Positions 8,588 to 16,101 of a stretch of DNA of 64,000 bases are shown here, in pieces. The notes under the pieces are model-generated. The model saw only the letters and a program-made list of their open reading frames with translations. It searched no databases and had not been told where the DNA came from. Source of the DNA: Vulcanimicrobiales bacterium (lineage in GTDB: Bacteria; Vulcanimicrobiota; Vulcanimicrobiia; Vulcanimicrobiales; Vulcanimicrobiaceae); the NCBI GenBank assembly GCA_038231455.1, contig JBBRLI010000013.1:27147-91146 (forward strand), written 5' to 3'. The position numbers and the translations under genes are program-made. Position 1 is the stretch's first letter; every line of letters starts with the position of its first letter.

Positions 8588-10263
8588 GGTTTCGACTCGA
8601 TCCCCTCATCGATCGCGCCGCCGGCCGGGATCATCGGCCACACGTTTTCGCTCGGATAGCAGATGCAGTGCAAAAGCATCGGGCCATCGTGGGCGAGCAA
8701 CGCTTTGAGCGCTGCATCGACGTCCTCTTCGCGATCGACGCTATCGGCATGGATGTCGTAGGCCTTGGCGATTGCGACGAAGTCCGGATTGTCGGAGAGA
8801 TTGGTTGCCGAGTAGCGCTCGTTGTAGAAGAGTTCTTGCCACTGGCGCACCATGCCGAGATTGCGGTTGTCGATCAAGAGGATCTTGACCCGAACCTTGT
8901 ACCGGCGCAGCGTCGCAAGTTCCGTGAGCGACATTTGAAAACCGCCGTCGCCGACAACCGTCACGACCTCTTTGTCGGGCTGGCCAAACGCAGCGCCGAT
9001 TGCGGCGGGCAAGCCGAACCCCATCGCGCCGAGTCCGGCCGAGGTTGCAAAGTTCCGCGGATGATCGGGGCGCACGCGCTGCGCGGCCCACATCTGGTGC
9101 TGGCCGACGTCGGTCGTCACCACCGTGCTGCCCGGCGCAATTGCGAAAAGCCGATCCATGATCGTCGTCGCCGAGAGTCCATCAACTTTGTCGCTCGGCG
9201 GCGGCGCCCACATGTTGGCGACTTCATCGCCCCAGTCATCGAAGCGCGGAATGCGCGATCGTTCGAGTTCGTCGCAGAGCGCACGCAGCGTCGTTGCAAG
9301 GTCTCCCGCAAGGGACACGCTCGCCGGGATGATTTTCGAGAATTCGCTCGGGTCGATGTCGGCGTGAATGATCGCCGCTTCTTTCGCGAAGCGATCGGTG
9401 CGGCCGGTGACGCGATCGTCGAAGCGCATGCCGAGCGCCAGAATCACATCGGCGCGGTGCACCGAAAGATTGGCGGCTTTCGAGCCGTGCATGCCGAGCA
9501 TGCCGAGGTAATGCCGGTCGCCGGGTTCGCCTGCGCCGAGGCCGTTAATCGTCGCGGTGTGCGGCAAGCCGAGCATCGAGACGAGGCGGCGATACTGTTC
9601 GAGCGCGTCTTCGCCGCGCCGGACGCCGCCGCCGATGATCGCAAGCGGACGTTTCGCTCGCCGCAGCAAGTCGGCTGCGCGAGCGATGGCGTTTCGATCG
9701 AGGGTTGGAAGCGCGGGCATCGCAATCGTGAACGTCGGCGCGGACGCCTCGTCGATTGCGGCTTTGAGCACGTCACTTGGAATATCGACGAGCACCGGCC
9801 CGGGGCGTCCGCCGGATGCAATTGCGAATGCGCGGCGCATTTCTCGCGCGATCAACTGCGGATCGCGGATGAGAATGTTGGCTTTGGTGACCGGCTGGGT
9901 GATGGCACAGACGTCGGCTTCTTGGAAGCCATCGGTGCCCATCAGATTGCTGCGAACTTGCCCCGTGATCGCGACGAGCGGAATCGAGTCCATCGATGCA
10001 TCCAGGAGGCCGGTCACGAGGTTCGTTGCGCCCGGACCCGACGTCGCACAGCACACGCCGACGCGCCCCGTGGTGCGCGCGAAGCCGCTTGCGGCAAAGA
10101 CCGCAGCCTGCTCGTGACGCACGAGGATGTGTCGGATGCTGTGCCCGTAGAGCGCATCGTAGAGCGGCATGATCGCTCCGCCCGGATAGCCGAAGATCGT
10201 CTGCACGCCTTCGGCTTCAAGCGCTTCGAGCACCGCGTGCGCCCCGCCGCGAATCGCGATCAT
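8584..10263 (-). CDS. ilvB: Acetolactate synthase large subunit
   Basis: IFGYPGGAIMP, RHEQ, ATSGPGATN, GMRFDDRVTG, DVGQHQMW, GDGGFQM, GMVRQWQ. Confidence 0.95.
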   Translation of the reverse strand: MIAIRGGAHAVLEALEAEGVQTIFGYPGGAIMPLYDALYGHSIRHILVRHEQAAVFAASGFARTTGRVGVCCATSGPGATNLVTGLLDASMDSIPLVAITGQVRSNLMGTDGFQEADVCAITQPVTKANILIRDPQLIAREMRRAFAIASGGRPGPVLVDIPSDVLKAAIDEASAPTFTIAMPALPTLDRNAIARAADLLRRAKRPLAIIGGGVRRGEDALEQYRRLVSMLGLPHTATINGLGAGEPGDRHYLGMLGMHGSKAANLSVHRADVILALGMRFDDRVTGRTDRFAKEAAIIHADIDPSEFSKIIPASVSLAGDLATTLRALCDELERSRIPRFDDWGDEVANMWAPPPSDKVDGLSATTIMDRLFAIAPGSTVVTTDVGQHQMWAAQRVRPDHPRNFATSAGLGAMGFGLPAAIGAAFGQPDKEVVTVVGDGGFQMSLTELATLRRYKVRVKILLIDNRNLGMVRQWQELFYNERYSATNLSDNPDFVAIAKAYDIHADSVDREEDVDAALKALLAHDGPMLLHCICYPSENVWPMIPAGGAIDEGIESKP

Positions 10264-11319
10264 CTACATCACCCGGAACGGGATGGTGTCGCTCGAACCG
10301 CCGCCGCCGGCCGAGGCCATAGACTTTTTGTCGGCATCGAACCACGGCATCAGTTTGCGTAACTGCGCGCCGATCGCTTCAATCGGATGCGCCGCGGCCT
10401 TTTTCCGGTATTCGTTAAACGATGGTTTGCCCGCCGCGTGTTCGGCGACCCAGGTGCGCGCGAACGTGCCATCTTGAATGTCACTCAGAATTTTCTTCAT
10501 CGCGGCGCGCGTTTCGTCCGTGACGATTTTCGGACCGGCGGTATAGTCGCCGAACTTCGCCGTGTTGCTGATCGAGCCGCGCATACCCTCGATGCCTTTT
10601 TCATACATCAAGTCGATGATGAGTTTCATCTCGTGCAGGCACTCGAAGTACGCCATTTCCGGCGCATAGCCGGCCTCGGTGAGCGTTTCGAATCCGGCGG
10701 TGATGAGCGCGGAGACGCCGCCGCAGAGAACCGCCTGTTCGCCAAAGAGATCCGTTTCGGTCTCTTCTTTAAACGTTGTCTCGAGGATACCGGCGCGACC
10801 GCCGCCGATCGCCGAGGCATACGCCATCGCCGTTTTGCGCGCGGTGCCGCTCGGGTCTTGATGGATCGCGATCAAACACGGCACGCCGCGCCCGGCTTCA
10901 TATTCGGAGCGTACGAGACGCCCCGGACCTTTGGGTGCGATCATGAAGACATCGTTTGATTTCGGCGGCACGATGGTGCCAAAGTGAATCCCGAAACCGT
11001 GCGCGAACACCAGCGCCGCGCCGGGTTTGAGATGATCGAGGATGCTGCGCAGGTACGTTGCGGGCTGTTCCTCATCGGGGATCAGCATCATCACGATGTC
11101 GGCGCTTGCGGCGGCTTCCTCGACGGTCTTGACGGCGAGGTAGTCGCGGCGCGCTTCATCGCGTGATGCCGAACCTTCGCGCAGTCCGACAACCACGCTA
11201 TAACCGGAGTCGGTCAGGTTGAGCGCATGCGCTCGGCCTTGGCTGCCGTATCCGATGATCGCAATGGTCTTGCCGTCGAGTGCTCGCCGATCGATATCGG
11301 CGTCGTAATAGGCCTTCAT
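10264..11319 (-). CDS. ilvC: Ketol-acid reductoisomerase
   Basis: [53 protein letters not shown] before ATG 11319. Confidence 0.95.
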   Translation of the reverse strand: MKAYYDADIDRRALDGKTIAIIGYGSQGRAHALNLTDSGYSVVVGLREGSASRDEARRDYLAVKTVEEAAASADIVMMLIPDEEQPATYLRSILDHLKPGAALVFAHGFGIHFGTIVPPKSNDVFMIAPKGPGRLVRSEYEAGRGVPCLIAIHQDPSGTARKTAMAYASAIGGGRAGILETTFKEETETDLFGEQAVLCGGVSALITAGFETLTEAGYAPEMAYFECLHEMKLIIDLMYEKGIEGMRGSISNTAKFGDYTAGPKIVTDETRAAMKKILSDIQDGTFARTWVAEHAAGKPSFNEYRKKAAAHPIEAIGAQLRKLMPWFDADKKSMASAGGGGSSDTIPFRVM

Positions 11320-11348
11320 GCCATCCCCTACTGCTGTCATTGAGTGAT

Positions 11349-11384
11349 AAAAAAAGCCCCCGCCGATAACCGGCGGGGGCTTTT
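11349..11384 (-). terminator. Intrinsic attenuator terminator upstream of ilvC
   Basis: Minus strand aaaagcccccgccg-gttat-cggcgggggc followed by T7. Confidence 0.88.
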
Positions 11385-11407
11385 ACATTCGTGCTAGCTT
11401 CTAGCGC

Positions 11408-11488
11408 CTATGTGAAAGCAAACCGCCGGTCCGTAATAAGGACCGCAAGAAGGAGGCTAACGACAAGGAGGAGCGAGCGGCTGAACAT
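11408..11488 (-). CDS. Branched-chain amino acid leader peptide MFSRSLLLVVSLLLAVLITDRRFAFT (26 aa)
   Basis: 7 Leu, 3 Val, 1 Ile clustered; its accggcgg is complementary to ccgccggt in the terminator 5' arm. Confidence 0.85.
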   Translation of the reverse strand: MFSRSLLLVVSLLLAVLITDRRFAFT

Positions 11489-11496
11489 CTTTGCGG

Positions 11497-11526
11497 TTTG
11501 TAGCACGCAACGCTGCAGAGTGTCAA
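11497..11526 (-). promoter_or_regulatory. Candidate promoter for the ilv leader (TTGACA-N18-TACAAA, extended TG)
   Basis: tgtcaa on + at 11521-11526; the -10-like element lies 8 nt before the leader ATG. Confidence 0.5.
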
Positions 11527-11541
11527 CGGTTTCTGCGCGTC

Positions 11542-12462
11542 GTGTCGGAAAAAAAATCGGCGGGACGCGGCATTGCGGCGCTCCTGGCGCTGAGTTTGCT
11601 CTGGGGTTCGAATTGGGCCGTGATGAAAATTGCGCTGCGTGACGTCGGTCCGATCGCATTTGCCGCGATGCGTAACGGACTTGGTGCCGTGGCCTTATTC
11701 GCCGTTCTACTGGCGTTGCATCGAGCCACCCGTCCAGTCGGTTGGCGCGGATTGATCGTGCTCGGTCTGCTGCAGACGACCGGACAAGTGGGACTTGCGA
11801 CGTGGGCGCTTACGGCGGGCGGTGCGGGCAAAGTTGCGGTGCTTGTCTACACGATGCCGTTTTGGGTGGTACTGCTGGCGTGGCCGCTACTCGGCGAGCG
11901 CATCGTGCGGCTGCAGTGGGTTGCACTTACGTTCGGCCTCGTGGGCATCGTCGCAATTGTCGATCCGCGTACGCTCGGCGGCGCGTCGCTCGGATCCGAT
12001 CTGCTCGCGATCGGCAGCGGCGTGTGCTGGGCGCTCGGCTCGATCGTTGCCAAACGCCTGCGACTCCAAGGCGACGTCCTCAACATCACCGCCTGGCAAA
12101 TGCTCTTCGGGTCGATTCCGCTCGTCGTGCTCGCCGTGTTGATCCCGGAGCGTGCGATCTTCTGGTCGGCAAACTTCACTTGGGCGCTGGCGTACAACGT
12201 CGTCCCGGCGACCGCCCTTGCCTGGGTTCTCTGGATGTTCGCGCTGCGCAATCTCAAAGCGAGCGTCGCCGCGATGGGTTCGCTCTTGAACCCCATCGTC
12301 GGTGTCGGGGTCGCCTGGCTCGTCCTCGGCGACCGCCCCGGGGGGCTTGAATTTGCCGGGATCGCGACGATCGCTATCGCCCTGCTCGTCGTTTCGTTCG
12401 GTCCGGGCCGCGGTGCCACGGATGCGCGCGCGAAACCCGACGTGCAATCTGCTCGTGTATGA
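11542..12462 (+). CDS. EamA/DMT family transporter
   Basis: Duplicated EamA pattern (LLWGSNW; YTMPFWVVLLAWPLLGERI; LLNPIVGVGVAWLVLGD); GTG 11542 preferred over TTG 11491. Confidence 0.85.
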   Translation: MSEKKSAGRGIAALLALSLLWGSNWAVMKIALRDVGPIAFAAMRNGLGAVALFAVLLALHRATRPVGWRGLIVLGLLQTTGQVGLATWALTAGGAGKVAVLVYTMPFWVVLLAWPLLGERIVRLQWVALTFGLVGIVAIVDPRTLGGASLGSDLLAIGSGVCWALGSIVAKRLRLQGDVLNITAWQMLFGSIPLVVLAVLIPERAIFWSANFTWALAYNVVPATALAWVLWMFALRNLKASVAAMGSLLNPIVGVGVAWLVLGDRPGGLEFAGIATIAIALLVVSFGPGRGATDARAKPDVQSARV

Positions 12463-12779
12463 TAGACGGACCTCGTTTTAAGGAGAATCTTCTGTTTGCG
12501 CTCGCACTCGTAACGCTGGCCCTTGCCACATCGACTCAAACGGCCGCGACGACGTCCGGCCAGGTGATCATCTCGACGAAAATGAGTTCCGTCTCCGGCA
12601 TCGTTCGTGTCGTCGGTGAGAAGATCTATCTTGTCGGGACGAAGCGCGTGTTACTCACCGTCATCGATCAAGCGATGCGCGACTCGCTGGTCGCATCGAA
12701 CGGGAAAAAACGGACGGTGCTCGGGACGCCCGATCGAGTCAGCGGCACCGGCGCGTTTCTCGTAACGGGATTGCCTTAG
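12459..12779 (+). CDS. Hypothetical exported protein
   Basis: ATGA overlap with EamA gene; hydrophobic N-terminus. Confidence 0.5.
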   Translation: MIDGPRFKENLLFALALVTLALATSTQTAATTSGQVIISTKMSSVSGIVRVVGEKIYLVGTKRVLLTVIDQAMRDSLVASNGKKRTVLGTPDRVSGTGAFLVTGLP

Positions 12780-13852
12780 CGCTCGCTCCGCGCGAGAAGG
12801 TCGGCAAGATAGCGGCCCCAGACCGCGGGCAACGTATGCGTGCCATGGCCGCGTGTTTCGTTTGAAATCGGCAACACGACCGCTCTTCCGTTTTTTACCT
12901 TCGCGATGTCACGCTCGAGGATGTGAAGTTCCGGCGGATTGATTTGATCGTCGGCGCTGTTGACCGCCTGAAGCGGAGCTACGATCGTGCCGAGCGCCGT
13001 TTCGGGATCGTAGTCTCGCGAGGATTCGAACTGGTAGATCGTATCGTTTGCATCGGACTGCCCGAAGCGCGGTTTGATCGTCGACCCGTAATACGTATCC
13101 GCGGCATCGCGCGTCGGGTACTGGCTTTGATTGAAGAGCGGCGCGGAACCGAACACGTAGAGCAGGTCGACGGCGGTGCGCATGCCGTAGGGCTGCGATG
13201 TATATTCCCCGCCGTGATATCCCGGATCGTTTTTGATGTCATCGACGATCATGTCGCGCCACACGCGATTGCGTCCGCCGATTTGCACCGGCAAACTCGC
13301 AAGCGGCATCAGCGCGTCCATCATCATCGGATACATCTCGCCCCACAACCACGTTTGCATCCCGCCCATCGACGTTCCCATCACCAGGCGCAGGTGATCG
13401 ACGTGCAGTCCCTCGACGAGCAGCGTATGCACGGCATCGACCATATCGCGATAGCCATACTTGGGAAAGCGCGCGTGCATCCCGTCGCTGGGTTTGCTCG
13501 AACCGCCGTGACCGATGCCATCGGGGATGATGATGAAATACTTGCTTGCATCGAGCAGTTGATCCGAATTGAAAAGCACCCCCGCGAACCGCTCGCTCAA
13601 AAACTGATGCGTGTCGCCGCCGGTGCCGTGCAAGATGATGACCGCGTTACGCACATGCCCGCCGGCATCGCGCCGCGGGGTGCCGAGCGTTGCGTAGTGC
13701 ATGCGTAAGTTTGCAAGCGTCTCACCGTCGTGAAAGTGGAACGTATCGATCGTAAACGTTCCTTCTGTGACCGTCGGTATCGCGGCGCTCGCGGCGTGCG
13801 GCAGTGCGATAAGAGCGGCGACCAGAAGCGGCACCATGCGTTTGAACATCAT
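12776..13852 (-). CDS. Alpha/beta hydrolase, homoserine O-acetyltransferase (MetX)-like family, with signal peptide
   Basis: HYATLG, ILHGTGG, PDGIGHGGSSKPSDG, GTSMGG nucleophile elbow, GHGTH; N-terminal signal ending ASA. Confidence 0.8.
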   Translation of the reverse strand: MMFKRMVPLLVAALIALPHAASAAIPTVTEGTFTIDTFHFHDGETLANLRMHYATLGTPRRDAGGHVRNAVIILHGTGGDTHQFLSERFAGVLFNSDQLLDASKYFIIIPDGIGHGGSSKPSDGMHARFPKYGYRDMVDAVHTLLVEGLHVDHLRLVMGTSMGGMQTWLWGEMYPMMMDALMPLASLPVQIGGRNRVWRDMIVDDIKNDPGYHGGEYTSQPYGMRTAVDLLYVFGSAPLFNQSQYPTRDAADTYYGSTIKPRFGQSDANDTIYQFESSRDYDPETALGTIVAPLQAVNSADDQINPPELHILERDIAKVKNGRAVVLPISNETRGHGTHTLPAVWGRYLADLLARSER

Positions 13853-13862
13853 GCCGCCTTCG

Positions 13863-14366
13863 CTACGCGGTTTTTGGGCTCCGGTTTGGTTCGAAGCGGA
13901 GCGCGACGCCATTCATGCAGTAGCGCAGCCCCGTCGGCGGCGGACCGTCGTCGAAGACGTGTCCGAGGTGACCAAGACAGCGCGCGCAATGGACTTCCGT
14001 GCGCGGCACGCCCAAAGCAAGGTCGGATTTCGTTTTGATGCGGCCCGGCAGCGGCGCGTAAAAACTCGGCCAACCGGTCCCCGAATCGTACTTCGTTTTC
14101 GAGGCGTAGACGGCAAGATCGCAGCCCGCGCAGGCATAGGTGCCGGTTTTGGTCAGGTGATCGAGCGGACTGGAAAACGGCGGCTCGGTGCCCTCGTGGC
14201 GGAGGACGTCGTAAGCCTCGGACGAGAGCTTTTTGCGCCACTGTTCGTCGGTCAGGGTGTAGCCGGGCGCATCGGCGGCCCGACTTGCTCCCCGGCGAAG
14301 CGAAAAGAAGAGGGCGCCCGCTCCGGCGATGAGGGCAAGCGAACCACGCCGTGTCAACGTTTTCAT
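13863..14366 (-). CDS. msrB: Peptide-methionine (R)-S-oxide reductase with Tat signal
   Basis: TRRGSL twin-arginine; GTEPPF, CAGC, SGTGWPSF, HLGHVFDDGP, RYCMNG. Confidence 0.92.
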   Translation of the reverse strand: MKTLTRRGSLALIAGAGALFFSLRRGASRAADAPGYTLTDEQWRKKLSSEAYDVLRHEGTEPPFSSPLDHLTKTGTYACAGCDLAVYASKTKYDSGTGWPSFYAPLPGRIKTKSDLALGVPRTEVHCARCLGHLGHVFDDGPPPTGLRYCMNGVALRFEPNRSPKTA

Positions 14367-14415
14367 GTCGTTACTATAACGGAGTCGGGCGAGAAAAAGA
14401 CGTAAGGCCGCCGAC

Positions 14416-15294
14416 ATGCGTTTCGAGCTACCACTGGTCGGCGGCGGCGGAGAACCGGTCTCTTTCGCGCGGACGATTCACTCCCACGGCTTGGTGCTCT
14501 TGCCCCCCAACCGGCTCGAGGGCAACGTGCTGACGATGCCGCTGCGCTTGGCGGATGGCACGTTGACCCTTGCGATCCTGCGCGCGGGTCCGCCCGGCGT
14601 AGCCGCTATCGACGTTGTCGATCGGCGGCGATCGACGTCGTTCCGGAATGCGGTCGAGGCAAAGCTGCGTTCGATGTTGCGGCTCGATGAAGATCTCTCG
14701 GCGTTTTACGCGCGCGCCGCGCGCTCGACCGATCTTGCATGGGTGAGGATTGGAGCGGGACGGTTTCTCCGTGGTGGCTCCGTGTTCGAAGATCTGGTGA
14801 AGACGATCGCGACGACGAATTGCACGTGGTCGGCGACCGTGCGGATGGTGGGCGCGCTCGTCGGCGAACTCGGCGAGCCGGTCGGCGGGATGCGCGCGTT
14901 TCCGACCCCCCAGGCGATGGCTGCGGCGCCCGAGTCCCTCTACCGCGAGAAGATGAAGGCCGGCTATCGCGGCCCGTATCTGCGTACGATCGCTGCGGAT
15001 GTGGTTGCGGGGAGGCTGCAGCTCGAAGCGTTTCCCGGCCTTGCCGATCGGGAACTCGAGGCCGCTCTGCTTGCCCTTCCGGGCGTCGGACCGTACGCCG
15101 CTGCGCACATGCGGTTGCTGCTCGGACATACCGAGCAACTCATTTTAGACTCGTCGACGCGTCCAAAGTATGCTCGCTTGGTGGGCCGAAAATCGGCGAC
15201 TGACGCGACGATCGCGCGGCGATTTAAGCCGTATGGACGCTTTGCCGGACTCGCGTTTTGGCTCTTCATCACGCGTGACTGGATCGTCGACTAG
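14416..15294 (+). CDS. HhH-GPD DNA glycosylase (AlkA/Ogg1-like)
   Basis: VFEDLVKTIATTNCTW, AFPTPQ, GYRG, LLALPGVGPYAA helix-hairpin-helix. Confidence 0.8.
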   Translation: MRFELPLVGGGGEPVSFARTIHSHGLVLLPPNRLEGNVLTMPLRLADGTLTLAILRAGPPGVAAIDVVDRRRSTSFRNAVEAKLRSMLRLDEDLSAFYARAARSTDLAWVRIGAGRFLRGGSVFEDLVKTIATTNCTWSATVRMVGALVGELGEPVGGMRAFPTPQAMAAAPESLYREKMKAGYRGPYLRTIAADVVAGRLQLEAFPGLADRELEAALLALPGVGPYAAAHMRLLLGHTEQLILDSSTRPKYARLVGRKSATDATIARRFKPYGRFAGLAFWLFITRDWIVD

Positions 15295-15341
15295 CGTGCG
15301 TCGGCGAAGGTCGAACGTATTGACCGGATAAACGGCGCGGC

Positions 15342-15752
15342 ATGACCATGAAACTTCCCGCGTTCTGGACGTCGATGCCCTACGTTCTCGGTGTCGTATT
15401 TTGTGCGACCGGCATCTTACACTTCGTGCAGACGAGCGCGTTCACGCAAATCGTCCCGCCAGCCCTGCCGAATCCGGTTTTGCTCGTGCAGATCAGCGGC
15501 GTCGCTGAATTTTGCGGTGGCGTCGGTATGCTCGTCCCAGCCCTGCGGCGGGCGGCGGGAATCGGCCTAATCGCGCTCTTATTGGCGGTGTTTCCGGCGA
15601 ATATCTACATGGCCGTCGACGCCGCACACTTTGCGAGCGTCGGGCCGGCGTGGGTGTTCTGGTTGCGTCTGCCGATTCAGTTCTTGCTGATTTGGTTCGT
15701 CGTGCGTGCCGCGCTCATGCCGCATCGGCTCGAGGCGCGTCTCCCGAACTGA
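15342..15752 (+). CDS. DoxX-like membrane protein
   Basis: GILHF, SGVAEFCGG, AVFPANIYMA, RLPIQ. Confidence 0.8.
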   Translation: MTMKLPAFWTSMPYVLGVVFCATGILHFVQTSAFTQIVPPALPNPVLLVQISGVAEFCGGVGMLVPALRRAAGIGLIALLLAVFPANIYMAVDAAHFASVGPAWVFWLRLPIQFLLIWFVVRAALMPHRLEARLPN

Positions 15753-16101
15753 TTGCCGCGATGCCCGCCCGCGCGATGGCGGCGAGTCGATCGTCGCGCT
15801 CCTCATCGCTTGCAACACGCAAGATCGGTGCGCACCAAGGTTCGCCGATTGCGACGAGCGCTTCCAACAGCGCGCGCCGCCCGTCCGCATCGAGATCGGC
15901 GGCGTTGCTGTCGACAAGCTGCGGCCAAGCTAGTTGTAATGGACTGGGTGATGGATGCGTCGCGGCGCTGTTTTCGGCGATCGCCGCGACCGCAATGGCC
16001 GGTACGATCGGTAAGCTGCGCGTACGAGGTGTAAAGAGGGCAAGGGCGAGCAGCGCTGCGCCCAGCATCACGAGCAGTTGCGGAATCGTCAAGCTCATCA
16101 C
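15715..16101 (-). CDS. Hypothetical protein with N-terminal TM and helical C-terminal domain
   Basis: Overlaps the stop of the upstream large ORF (GTGA); hydrophobic N-terminus. Confidence 0.55.
   Translation of the reverse strand: MMSLTIPQLLVMLGAALLALALFTPRTRSLPIVPAIAVAAIAENSAATHPSPSPLQLAWPQLVDSNAADLDADGRRALLEALVAIGEPWCAPILRVASDEERDDRLAAIARAGIAAISSGDAPRADAA

Noticed and set aside
8545-10362. 605-aa plus-strand ORF, and similar long antisense ORFs at 23227-24543, 28926-30314 and 38089-39909
   Set aside because: Antisense shadows of well-supported genes in high-GC DNA with no recognisable motifs
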